A stretch of DNA of 64,000 bases. It comes from Antechinus flavipes. Lineage: Eukaryota. The notes under the pieces are model-generated. The model was not told the DNA's origin and did not search any database. It was given only the letters and a program-made list of their open reading frames with translations. The position numbers were made by a program, and so were the translations under genes. The stretch's first letter is position 1, and each line of letters begins with the position of its first letter. The stretch spans positions 691,982,001 to 692,046,000 of the forward strand of contig NC_067398.1 in the NCBI RefSeq assembly GCF_016432865.1. The letters are read 5' to 3'. Positions 11,961 to 24,292 of this stretch are shown piece after piece.

Positions 11961-13744
11961 TTTAAAAAGGAGGGAGGATGCACCCATAACAATAAAACTA
12001 CCTGATTGGGAGATTTGGAAAACCATGGTCCTTGACTGGGTAAAGCTCGTTTTGGTTAGTGGTCTTTCCCCTTCCCTGTTTAATTGTGGATTTCCACCCT
12101 CCCAACTACCTTGTACACACTTTTTGTATGTAATGGGGGGACTGGCCAAGGAGCCCTGTCTCTAGGATAGGCAGGGTGCCATAGAGGCTGTGAAGAGTCT
12201 ATTTTAGAGGGGAATGATGATGATGGGAAATAAGAGTACTTGGAGAGACTTTCAAGCATTGGTAGAAATTCCCTACCTGGTTCTTTCTTGTAGTCAACGG
12301 CAGCCTCTTTGACTGGCTCCAGTTTCAAAACCAGCACTAAAAGCACCTTCAGAAGGCCTTTGCAGCCTTAGCATTCTCTCTTGGTTTGGGTCTTTTTCAT
12401 TGGTTGATTTTCAGGCTGAAGGTGTCCAATGATATACAATGGGGGTAGATGGGGGACTTGCTTCTCTGCCCCATCCTAGACTAACATGTGGTCCTGTGAA
12501 TACAGGCTTTGGCTATTTTCCTGCCTCAGCATCCCTTGTTTCATTTTACATGAAGGGATAGGAGGCTCCCACCTTGTGAGTTTCAAAAGGTCTGGAAAAA
12601 GCGGTCCAGGTGTCTGGGAATTAAGTCAACACCAGGTTTTTCAGTAAGTCCTGCACTGATGCTCAGAGAAGCCGGGAGTCTTAGGGACCCAGACCAGGGA
12701 TAGCCAACAGTTCCTGGCTCAATAAATGTTGATTGAGTGACATGAGGACTCATCTAGTAACAGTGTAGTATTTGACCATGATCCTGGTGGGTCCAGAGCA
12801 AGGTATAAACGGTTAAGTCTGAGACCACTCTCCCCAGAACCACAGGAAATGTAGGCAAGAGTGACCCTGAGCATTGGGAGGAAATTTTGTGCTATTGTTT
12901 TCTGTCCTCAAAGTAAATCGAGAATTTGTATATACTTATGTAGATTTGATGGGGTTTTAGTGGCAGTCAGAGAGTTGTGGGAATCCCCTTTTGATCAGAG
13001 GTGCAGGATCTTCATGAAAGAATTCACCAACCTGAAGCGTTTAGGTGCATGAGAAGTCTGCTTTGCTTAGAAAAACCGACTTCTTCAGTGGCAAAGTCTT
13101 ATTAGGGAAGTGGAGGCTGGCACTAAGAAGAGAATGCCTTCTCAGCGGGCAGGATCCTTGTAGCTATACCAAAGGGGCAGAGCATGCTACTTTTGATCTT
13201 CTGCAAAGAAATGAGTAAACAGAAAGCTATTATATGAGCAGATCTTGGCGGAGGGCTGAGGCAGTTTGAACTAATCAGATCAGGATCTCCCAAAAGAAAT
13301 TGCTTTGAAGGCTTTTTTTAGCCTGAATTTGAATGGAAATCCAGCTATCAATGAAGGTGATTTGTCTTAAAATGGCCCAGCCAGGAGGATATGCTCTCAT
13401 AGACTCTCTGGAGTCTGGAGGGTGGGTCAGAAATTAACTCAGAGTATGAATTCACACCCCCATCAGATTCATGCTCTCTCTCCCACTAGAATATAAACAG
13501 AAATTGTTTTACTCAGCACAAAGCCTAACACATAGTAAGCAAATGCACAATAATTGCTTACTGATCATTGATTAAGTCTATCCCATTTAAACAGGGGTCT
13601 CTACTATAACAGGAGTTCACTGCACTTTTTTAGGGAGGAGACAGTGGACTAAATTCCTGCTGATTTTCAAGGAAACATAGGGATTACCCAATCCTGCCCA
13701 AGATGCTGGTCAGCTTGGTGAGGTGGAAAAGTGGAGAGGATCTA

Positions 13745-13995
13745 GGATTGGGGTGTTTAACATGGGGATCAGGAACTCATTTCTTCAAATTTTGATAACT
13801 GTATTTCAGTTTTTATACAGAATGTTTTTAATAATAATATTTTTAATAATATTTTAATACAGAAAAGTATTTCATAACTTTCCTTTGTAATCTCATGTAT
13901 TTTACTTGATGCATTTAAAAACACAATTCTGAAAAGGAACTTAGAGATTTTTCTCAATTTTCCAAAGGGTTCCAAGCCAAAAAAAAAAATTTAAA
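13745..13995. mobile_element. Non-autonomous hAT (Charlie-like) DNA transposon/MITE
   Basis: ttgataactgtatttca..ttcctttgtaatc..gatgcatttaaaaac..ttctg..aaagggttcca..aagttaaaaacccttg; a second copy lies at ~48880-49050. Confidence 0.55.
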
Positions 13996-15019
13996 AGTTA
14001 AAAACCCTTGTTCTAGGATATCAGCCACATTGGGGGAGGGGGTATTCAACCTGACATTCAGAACTTCTGTGGTGTCCCACAGTTCCAAGGTAGACTGCCT
14101 CGAAATGTCTGATCCTATAAAACTCCTGAAAAAGGTTCCCACTGAAGTCAGTGGAAACTGGAGATTGTCAGCCCCTCCCAGTCTCCATCCATCATTTCGA
14201 GTCAACATGGGAGATTAGCAGTGGGCAAAAATCCAGGTGGAACAATCAGGTAATGACAGTTTGGGATCCCTGGCGCTTTAAGAGCTAACAAGGGGATCTT
14301 CAGTGTGTGCTGTGGGGAACAGACAGGTCCAGCTTGCCAGAAGGGAAGTGGGAGCTTCCACAAAAGACCAATTGTGGGGACTCGGGAAGTCTTTCTGGAA
14401 GCATCAATCATGTGTCACCTGGAGCAGTTTACCCCTAGGATAATGTCATGTGGGAGAAAGGGATGGGGAGGGGAGAGAGGGATCATTATAGAAGGAGGAG
14501 GAGAAAGAGCCACAATAAGGCCATGAACTGAGCCACAGTTTCCTCCAAAGCAACTAGTGGAAAGGAACTCTATTCTCTGGGAATTCTGTTGGGAAAATCT
14601 CAAAAGGAAGGAAAACAATTTGAGAGAGAAGAGGAAGATAGATGGGGAATTCTCACCAGTCTCATAAGCTCATAATAGTTGTGTGGTACAGAACGAAAGA
14701 GATTTGTACCTTAGTTTCCAACATCTATAAAAATGGGAGGCTTGAACAAAAAGATCTCTAAGATTCCTTCCAGCTAGAAACCTATGAGCTATGAAAGAGA
14801 CAGATTCGGAGCCCAAAACCTGCAGAATCCCAACCAGTGCCACTGATGACCTGTGAGACAATATCTCACAGTTTCCTCATCTGTAAAAGAGGGAATTGGA
14901 CAAGATAATCCCTTCTACCTCAAGAACTGGGCTTCTGTGAGCTGATGATATTTTACATAAAGCATTTTATATAAATTTTTCTCCTTTGAAACTCAAGGGT
15001 AGGTATTATTAGCCCCATT

Positions 15020-15180
15020 TTATTTTATTTTTTTATTTACAAGATATATGCATAGGTAATTTATCAACATTGACAGTTGCAAATCCTTTTGTTCCAACTT
15101 TTTCCTTCCTTCCCCCTATCCCTTCCCACAGATGTCAGGTTGACCAATACATGTTAAATATGTTAAAGTATAAGTTAATA
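15020..15180 (-). mobile_element. L1 3'UTR fragment
   Basis: T-rich start, caagatatatgcataggtaattt..caatacatgttaaatatgttaaag. Confidence 0.7.
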
Positions 15181-15319
15181 CTGTTAGCCCCATTTTAAAG
15201 AGAAAAAAGAAAAAGTCCCTAAGGAGCAAAAGATTGTCTTAAAATTATACAGATAAGAGATATCAGAGGCTGAAAGCAAACAGGAGTCATATCCATTCTA
15301 AGTTACCTGGAGAGAGCTG

Positions 15320-15430
15320 ATTAAATTTTCATCGAGATTTTTGAAAGCAGCAAATGCTACAAATCAGGGCTTGATTTATTGATTTTAGAAAGTGACAAAG
15401 AAAATATTAATAATAGAGTGATCTCAAAGT
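15320..15430. mobile_element. Ancient hAT (Tip100-like) MITE fragment
   Basis: Shared motif caaatgctacaaatcagggcttgattt; inverted copies at ~19075-19140 and ~42375-42545. The superfamily call is from memory. Confidence 0.4.
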
Positions 15431-16227
15431 ATGTCAGGCATGTCTAACTGTTATCATATTACTTGTCCTCTCAATAAGTGGCAAAGAGGCTGAAAGAAGG
15501 GAGAGAATTGGTTACTTGAATTTTTTTTTAAAAAATTAGAATTGCTATATTTTTATTTTCTCCAGTTACCTTTTTAAAATAATTCTTTATCATTTGCATT
15601 TTAAGTTCTGAGTTACAAATTCTATTCCTCCTTCCTGCCCCCCTCCCTGAGACAGTAAGTCATTAGATATAAAGTATAATTGGGTTTTTTCCCAATAAAT
15701 AAAATCATGATTTTGAAAAGTGTCAGAAGTACTTTTTAAAGGGGGGGTGAGCTGATTATTAAATATTTACTAACATACTTCCTGCCCCAAGCCCCATACT
15801 CTAATAGTTTCATGTACTACCTCCTGTTATCCATTGACTTTTCTTATCTGGCAGGAGAGATTAGAAATGAGGAGTAAGAGAGAGAGTAGAAGCCTTTCAA
15901 TATGGCCCTCATAGAGTGAGATCCAAATGAGTTGAGCAGACTGGATGGAGAGTAAATAGTTTCCATGTCCACCCCTTGCAGAGACATTATATTTCTTCTT
16001 TAAGGAATTAAAGGCTCTCCATTCCCAGTAATAGATGTGACATGTTGGTCAGATGGATCCAGTTTTATTCCTGCTTAGAGACATCATACCAGGCTCCAGG
16101 GAGACAGGGACTCAGAGGCCGAGTTTCAGAATCTGTGATTTCAATGGTGTGGGTCTGCCCTCTTCCACCAAAGCATCTTAACAAACAACTCTTTTACAAC
16201 TTAGTCATGAAGATACATTTCTCTGAT

Positions 16228-16814
16228 TGATGAGGTGGGGGAATGGGGGAGAGATCCCCTCTGCTGGGAGACGCAGGTCCAATGAGAGAATTCGTAAACC
16301 GGGACATATGTGGCAAAAAGGGAATTTTGTTGTTCACTAAGAAGGAAGCTTGCTTAGTGAGCAAAACTCCTCATTAGGAATTTGGTCCTGACAAGACAGC
16401 TTTGCTAGGAAGACAGACTTCTTATAGGTAAAAAGGTCCTGTTAGGGAAATAACAAAGGTTAACACTGAGAATCTTCACGGTGGGCAAAAGTCCTAGCAA
16501 GCAGCCTTGCCAAGAGGAGAACTTCCTCGGTAAAGCAAGGCAAATTCTGCAAAGATTCGGGGTTCAGAGTTGTCTTTTATTAGCCGTCCAAGGCGCGAGC
16601 TTCAATCAATGTCCTGGGCCTAGATTTCCAGGTGAAAAGAGATTACTTATCTTGGAGTTTTGAGCCACTCCGAGATCTCCAACTGAATGAAACCACTTAA
16701 CTTGGGGAGGGCGTTGTCTGGGAAAGGGATGCTTTTCCCAGGGGAGAGCCTGAGACCCCAAATCACCTTTCTTTTACAGATTAAAGGGGACAATTTCAGG
16801 GTTCACCCCCATCA
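16228..16814 (-). mobile_element. Solo LTR (587 bp), probably ERV1/gamma-like
   Basis: TGATG...CATCA inverted termini; TGAT duplicated at 16224-16227 and 16815-16818; minus-strand TATAAGA (16426-16420) and AATAAA (16581-16576); retains about 10 CpGs. Confidence 0.85.
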
Positions 16815-17094
16815 TGATGACAGTCTGCAAAGTCCCTTCATTGTCATTCTGTGAAGTTGGCAGTGGGAAATTTTATACCAATTTTACAGATGAGAAAACT
16901 GAATCCCTGAGAGATTAATAGACTAATCACCAATAAATACGTATTTCCTCTGCTCCTCTCACTTCCCAAACACAGTTCTAAGCCTTGAGGATGCCAAAAA
17001 TGAAATATTCTCTATTCCTGAGAAGTTTACATCTTAATGAGAAAATAATAGACATATACATATATATTAGTATGTAAGTATGTATATGTCTATG

Positions 17095-17322
17095 GAGAGA
17101 CAGAGAAACAGAAAGAGAGAGGGGAGAGACAGAGACAGAGAGAGGAGAGAGGGGAGGGAGGGAGGGAGAAAGAGACAGAGAGAAAAACAAAGAGACAGAG
17201 AGAGGAGAGCGGGGAAGAAGAGAGACAGAGACAGAGAGACAGAGGGGAGAGAGGAGGGAGGGAGGGGGAAAGAAGGAGGGAGAGGGGAAAGGCATGCAGA
17301 CAGAGACAAAGAAAGGGGAGAG
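17095..17322. repeat. Purine-rich GA/GAGACA low-complexity tract
   Basis: gagagacagagacagagagaggag.. repeats. Confidence 0.95.
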
Positions 17323-18227
17323 GCTTTTTAATTTTGGTCTTGCACCCTCAAAGCCTGGCACAGTTTTGGGGCAATTAAAAGATACTGAGAAAAATCCTTG
17401 TTGATGGATTGATTGGCTGAATTGTCTGCTTATTTGTTTGTATCTTTAAATAAAATATAAGCTCCTTGAGGACAGAAACTTTTTTTTCCCATCAGTACCT
17501 AGCACATAGTAGTTTAATAAGTATTTATTGACTGTATGACTGTATGTAAGTCATTTCCCTTGATGAACCCTGGGCTTTTCATCTGTAAAATAGGGATAGT
17601 GTGAGGATTGAAGAAGAAGTTATGGAAAAATCACTTTATAAACATCAAAGGGCTATATAAAAGACAGAGATCATCAGAATATAAGTAAGCAGCTTTCTTT
17701 TCCTCATTGTGTTCCCCTTTAAATGGAGAGGATGTGCCCAGAATAGTTTAAGGAAACCCTCTGACCAAAGGTGCAATCATCACCTTGGACAAGATTGAAG
17801 CCATCTCCTTGGGGGCCATGAAGAGAATTCTGGCCAGCTAGACCAGGCTAAAGCAGGACGTCGATTTTTCTGCTCTTGAAAGCTTTTGGCACATTGTCGA
17901 GCATACAGTAGGCTCTATATAAATGCTTATCCCTTCCTCCCTACCTTCAGGACCTTTTTAGACCTAAGTCTATAAATCCAGATTCAATGCATCTGCCGAG
18001 GAAATCAGAACCAGACCTGAGACATCTGAAGAGAGCTTCTGAGGAGTAATTCCAGAGAACAGTCCTAGGTCCCTGGAGGAGGAAACAAAGTCTGCTCATC
18101 CATTCTGAGCCCCAAGGGCACTGCTCAGTCCCAGAGATGGCAACAGGTGAGTTTATACTTTATTTTCAAGGCAATAGGGAGCCACTGAAGCTTACTGAGA
18201 GGGGCTATGCCCTCTGGGGTTAGACCT

Positions 18228-18560
18228 GCTGTTGTTCACTTTCCAGTCATGTCCAACTTTTTGTGACCCCGTTTGGAATTTTCTTGGTTAAGTAAGATAC
18301 TGGAGTGCTTTGCCATTTCCTTCTCCAGCTAATTTTCCAGAGGAGGAAGCTGAGGCACACAGGGTAAAGTGACTGGGTCAGGGTCACGCAGCTAGTTCAG
18401 ATTTGATGTTTTCTTGGCTAAGATCCTGGAGTGATTTGCCATTTCCTTCTCCAGATCATTTCACAGATAAACTGGGACAAACAGGGTTAAATGGACTCTG
18501 GAGGCTGAATTTGAACTCATCTTCCTGCCTCCAGATCTGGTTCTCTATCCACCTGGTTGC
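18228..18560 (-). mobile_element. Mar1-type SINE with an internally duplicated tail+CORE unit
   Basis: ctggagtg..tgccatttccttctccag occurs twice (~18300 and ~18427), each followed by CORE-derived sequence. Confidence 0.7.
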
Positions 18561-19639
18561 TTTAGGGATATTGATCTAAAAGATATGTGAAGGACAGATG
18601 GGAGAGGGGAGAGATTGGAACAGGGGTACCAGCTAGAAGACATCCAGCCTGTATTTTAATCCTGACTTTGGTTCCAGCATTCCCAAGTGAAGGAATCAGA
18701 CAGGATGTCAAAGAGGAAACAGGGAGGAGAAAGTTAACGAGCATGGCAAAGGGCTTTAAAAAGAACTGAGGATATTAAACTGAAGAAGGAAAATTTTAGG
18801 AGGCAAACTAAGGTTCAGAGAAATCAAATGACTCGGTTAATTAGTGTCAGGGGTGAGCAATTCCAGTCCTAGGAGACTGAGCTGGAGCTTTAGTCCCAAA
18901 GATGGCAGAAGGCAGAGGGCACAGACTCTTAACCTAGAAGGCATGAGCTTACATTTAGATGTTTCCAGGAAAAACCCAGGGTATGGGGCAAATTGCTGTG
19001 ATCGAGGGGGAAATGTACCAACAAGATACATTCTGTCCATCACTTTCTTGATTCAAGACAATGAACAAAACAAGAAATCAAGCCCTGATTTGTGCATTTC
19101 ATGATTTTCAAAGTGCAAATGCTCACTTTGAAAATTTAGCCACCTGTTTGGAAGGGCTGTACGAGCTGACTACAGAACATGAAATCAAAAAAAAAAAAAA
19201 AAACAAGTTTATCCCAGAAAACAAGCTGGGGCCTAGGTGTGCTAGTTGGTGGGGAAGGGGTGGTGAGGGAAATAAGTGGTTTGTGGGTCCCCCCAAGATT
19301 TAATATAATCCATAAGCCCAGATAAATCATGGAGTGTTCGAATATAATGACATGAGCATAACCATCCTGCACTATCCCTTGCAGATGTTTTCATTTGCAC
19401 TTTTTAAATTTAAGCCTGTTCCAACATCCACACTTACACTCACACTCACCCACAGATTTTTCTAAATAACTCGCACAGAACACCTTTCAGCCAGAGACAA
19501 GCCAACTAGGGCTTTCATGTTTTGAGGGTTGGATTTTTCCATTTGGGAGAACACAGGTTTATTTAGAAAGAGGAGATTCTCAGCTTGCTTTCAACCATCC
19601 TCATCTTACATCCCTGGCTCCAAATACTATATTGTTTCA

Positions 19640-19900
19640 GTTTGACAGCTGCTCTCTGCCAAACAGAGAGACCTGACATGCTACCAGAAAGCAAGAAAGA
19701 AGGAGGGAAGAGGGGGGAAAAAGATAGAGAAATAGGCAAACTATTTCCTGCAATGAAACTCAATCCAAATTGACTTAAAAATAGTCAGGAAATCCACACC
19801 TAAGAGACCAGCTAAAAAAAGATCCCCACCACGGGCCCCCAAAATGCCAAGATCTCGTTTGTCTGCGTCTTTGGCCACTGGCCAACGGGACACAAATGGA
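19640..19900. promoter_or_regulatory. Candidate enhancer (NFI palindrome, MEF2-like site, E-box)
   Basis: TTGGC-CACTG-GCCAA at 19871-19885, TTAAAAATAG at 19775-19784 and CAGCTG at ~19646, in non-repeat sequence with several CpGs. Confidence 0.35.
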
Positions 19901-21214
19901 AAGCTTTAAACCACAGGCCTCAATTGGTGTCAAGAGGGAAAAGTTTGGATTTGAATGTTGAGTAGCAGAAAGAAATGTGGCTGAAGGTTCCAATCATCCT
20001 ATCATCTTTCACAGAGAAAGGAAGGAAAAAAATTCTTGGCAGGGCAGAAATTTAGGGGAAGCTAATGATCAACCACATCTCCATGACTTAGAAGGATGAT
20101 TTCGAGGGGTTCTTCCCAGAAAAGCATGAAGCAGATGACTTCTCGATGTACCAACCAGTCCCAGGGTTCTATGCAGGAATCTATTGGCTCACTCATCATT
20201 AACCTGCCTCTCGGAATTGTTGGAAGTGATTTCTATTTCTTATCCATCTCATATACATTAGCTTATGTATATAACATCTTCCTAGATTGAATATAAGATC
20301 TTTGAGGGCAGCATCTTCCAGGTACTCTCAGCCGGCACAGGAGGGTCCCAAGTCTCAGGAGCCAAGAGTTTTGAAATCGAGGGTGGATTTGAAATGGAAA
20401 GAAAACAAAAATATTTCCATGGGATTATAAATACCGAGCTGTAAGGGACCTCCAAGGCATTCTAGTCCAATCGGTCTATTTTACAGTTGGGTAAACTGAA
20501 GCACAGAGAGGGAAAGGGACTTGTCCAAGATCATATGAGTCATAAGGGACAGTCTTCTGACTCCAAATCCAGAGCTCTTTCCTACTCCACCTCATGTAAA
20601 CTTTTATTATTCAGATTTTTTTCCAGTTCATGAGTGGAAAGAACTCTCCCTCTCTTTCCCATCTGGCCTGGTCCTTAGAATCCAAATCCAGGATTCATTC
20701 CCTTGTACTAGAGGGGAAGATAATTGTTGTTCTTGATGTTCTGAAAGTATTTAAAGGTCTGTTACAAGGGAAAGGGATTAGCTCTGTCTAATTCAATTTC
20801 AATTCAATGAACATTAATTGTGTGCTTTTCAGCTAAAAAAAAAAAAAAACATAAGAAAAAGGAAGTCTGTCCTTTCCCTCAGGAAGCTTACAATCTCCAA
20901 CCCTAGTTTCCCTGCTGTCTAATTGTTCCATTGTTTGTGTGTTCTAGTGCTTAGCCAGAGCCTGACCTGTAACTACAGCCAGGAACTTAATAAATGGTGA
21001 TTGGTTGATTAGCTCTAAATTCAGCACCCTGACCACTCTAGCAGGATGCCCCTCTTGGGAAAATGAGACGTTGGAGTCAGCCACCAAGGAAAGCACCCTG
21101 TCAGCAACCCAGGAAGCGGAGACAACAAGTGGTCTGGAGCAAGGGGTACCCTAACTGCAGGAGAAGTCATATTTATAGCAAGAGAGCATTTTGAAACAGA
21201 CTCCAGTCTCCTGT

Positions 21215-21410
21215 TCTAGATCTTAAACTTTTTCTACTCATGACTCCTTTTTATCAGAGAAATTTTTGTGACCCTGCATAGATAGATATATAAAGTAGGT
21301 ATATAAATCAAATATTTACTGATAATAAATCATAATTTCATGACCCCCACATTCAGTTATGAGACCCCATATGGGATCATGAACCACAGTTTAAGAAGCT
21401 GGGATCTAGA
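21215..21410. mobile_element. hAT-Charlie-type MITE
   Basis: Bounded by NTCTAGAN target-like 8-mers (ttctagat / atctagaa); an inverted relative lies at 32612-32790. Confidence 0.55.
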
Positions 21411-22044
21411 AGTCCAAAAAGAGCCTTGGATCCATCCTCCAAACAGCCTAGTCACTCGTAAACTGGTGGTGCTATAGAAAACCTTTTTCTTTTTGCCCTG
21501 AGCCTGTCCTTGCTGTTGTTGTTGCTAATGTTGTTATTCAGTCATGTCTGACTATTTGTGACTTGATTTGGGGTTTTCTTGGCAGAGACACTGGAGTGGT
21601 TTGCCATCCCATTCATTTTACAAGTGAGGAAACTGAGGCAACAAGGATTCAGTAAGTGACTTCCCCAGGGTCACACAATTAGTAAGTATCTAAGATTGGA
21701 TCTGAGTCCTCCTGACTCCAGGCCCAGTGATCTATCTATCTATCTATCTTCTCCCGATTCCCCAAAAAAGGCATCTTTATTTAACATTGAGTTTGTTTTC
21801 TGCCTAGGGTGAAAGTGGGAAGGGAGGAGAAATGAGTATAAATTATCCTCTCAAATATATACTTCTTGTCTTTATTATTCCTAAATTTGCATTCCCTATT
21901 TTGCATAATTTCACATGTAGAGTTGAAATCATCTTGCTTGCCTTTTCGGTAGGTCAGGGAAAGTTTGGCAAGAAGGAGTGAATTTGGAATTCAAAAAAAA
22001 TATTCAGGGTAAAAAATAAATAATAATTTTTAAATGTATTTCCT

Positions 22045-22385
22045 GCTCTCTCCCTGTCTCTCTGTCTGTCTGTCTCTGTTTTCCATCTCTCTGTCTCTGT
22101 CTGTCTCTCTGTCTTTATCTGTCTCTATCTTTCTGTCTATCTCTATCTTTCTGTCTGTCTCTATCTCTGTGTCTTTCTGTCTCTGTCTCTCTCTACTCTG
22201 TTTTTCCTTATCTCTGTGTGTGTCTCTCTGTATGTTTCATTGAGGGTCTCTGTCTCTCTGTCTCCATCTCTCTCTGACTCTTCTGTCTCTCTCTATCTCT
22301 CTCTCCCTCCCTATCCACCCTGTCTCCTGCCCCACCCCCCAACCTCGGTCCCTGTTTCTGTCTCTGGGTCTCTTTTTTCTATCTC
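22045..22385. repeat. Pyrimidine-rich CT/TCTCTG low-complexity tract
   Basis: ctctctgtctctgtctgtctctc.. repeats. Confidence 0.95.
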
Positions 22386-23257
22386 TTTCTGTCCCATAAC
22401 AATTCGAACCTAGCATTCTTTCCCCTCTCTATACAGAGCTGGAGACACAGAAGAAAAAGGCAGAAAAATAAGAACATCAAAGGAGCATGAATCTAGAACT
22501 CAAGAGGAGCCCTCAAAGGCAATGGACTCTGACCCTCCCCCCCATTTTACAGAAGAAGAAAGTGAAAGTAAGGGACTTGCCGAAGATCTCCTAAGCAGCA
22601 AGTAGCAGAAACTGCTTGTGAAATCAGATGCCCTAAAGAATTTCCCATTCTGCTCCCAGAGCTGCCAAGAGTATTTCGGGAAGATACATCTGTCAGGATG
22701 GTTTTTTTCAGCCTGAAGGAGAATGATGGTGGTGTGCTAGCCCAGAATACAAGAAACTTACTGAATAAGTTGTGTGAATTGCCCTAAAAATTTCCATTTC
22801 CCTGGAATTTGTGTCAAAGTCACTTTATTCTAGCATTCAAGGCCTTTGAAAGGGTCTCCACTTTACCTATCCAACCTTGAGATAATCTGCTCAGAGTTTT
22901 GAGTGCAGCAGAGATGAGCATCTTCCTCCCCCCTCCCACACCCCATACAAGTGATAGCACAGAGCTTTGTCAGACAGGGCACGTGGCTCGAGGAACTAGA
23001 AATTCACTCTTGCCTCTTGCAGAGAAGACAAAAGGAATTTTGCTGATTGGTCCCTAGGGACTGGGATTGATTCCTGATGACAGACTGACTGGAGCACAGG
23101 AGGATGGAATGCACTCCTTGTGGTCCATAATGGGCAGTTGTGAAATGGATGTCTCCACTCCCCATTCATCCTTTCTCTTCTTTGGAATTAGGATTAGGGG
23201 AGAGGTTCCCTCTCCTGATTTCCTAGGGGCAGAAAATGCTAGTTAATATGGTTAGAC

Positions 23258-23898
23258 NNNNNNNNNNNNNNNNNNNNNNNNNNNNNNNNNNNNNNNNNNN
23301 NNNNNNNNNNNNNNNNNNNNNNNNNNNNNNNNNNNNNNNNNNNNNNNNNNNNNNNNNNNNNNNNNNNNNNNNNNNNNNNNNNNNNNNNNNNNNNNNNNNN
23401 NNNNNNNNNNNNNNNNNNNNNNNNNNNNNNNNNNNNNNNNNNNNNNNNNNNNNNNNNNNNNNNNNNNNNNNNNNNNNNNNNNNNNNNNNNNNNNNNNNNN
23501 NNNNNNNNNNNNNNNNNNNNNNNNNNNNNNNNNNNNNNNNNNNNNNNNNNNNNNNNNNNNNNNNNNNNNNNNNNNNNNNNNNNNNNNNNNNNNNNNNNNN
23601 NNNNNNNNNNNNNNNNNNNNNNNNNNNNNNNNNNNNNNNNNNNNNNNNNNNNNNNNNNNNNNNNNNNNNNNNNNNNNNNNNNNNNNNNNNNNNNNNNNNN
23701 NNNNNNNNNNNNNNNNNNNNNNNNNNNNNNNNNNNNNNNNNNNNNNNNNNNNNNNNNNNNNNNNNNNNNNNNNNNNNNNNNNNNNNNNNNNNNNNNNNNN
23801 NNNNNNNNNNNNNNNNNNNNNNNNNNNNNNNNNNNNNNNNNNNNNNNNNNNNNNNNNNNNNNNNNNNNNNNNNNNNNNNNNNNNNNNNNNNNNNNNNN
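23258..23898. other. Assembly gap
   Basis: Run of N. Confidence 1.
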
Positions 23899-24254
23899 GG
23901 GAAGATGAGTCAATGGTTCTGGTAACATGCTTTCTATTTCTTTTTCAGAAGACAGAAAACACTACTCACAGCTCTCTTCTACACCACAAAGTGGGTTTTT
24001 TTTTGCCTTATCTTGCCAAAATAGGGGTCTATGGTCTCCTTGGCATGCCATCACTTTCTGACCATTCCCCTGGAGATTTGGATTCCACTCCTGGACTGCC
24101 TTCCACAGGGATTTTTGCTCTCTTTTCCTGCTTTCCAAAAACTCTGGAAAGCATTGTCTTCCTCCATTAAAATGGAAGCTCCTTGAGGGGCAGGAATTTA
24201 TTTCCCCGGAACTTAGCTCAGCATACAGCAAGTGCTCAATAAATGTTCATTCAA

Positions 24255-24292
24255 TCTATCTATCTATCTATCTATCTATTTATCTATCTATC
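24255..24292. repeat. (TCTA)n microsatellite
   Basis: atctatctatctatct.. Confidence 0.9.

Noticed and set aside
16978-22413. Low-complexity ORFs at 16978-17361, 17080-17331 and 22034-22413
   Set aside because: They are translations of the GA and CT tracts.
22437-22567. Open exon candidate after the long pyrimidine tract
   Set aside because: The acceptor is a by-product of the CT repeat, and the 3' half is a MIR.
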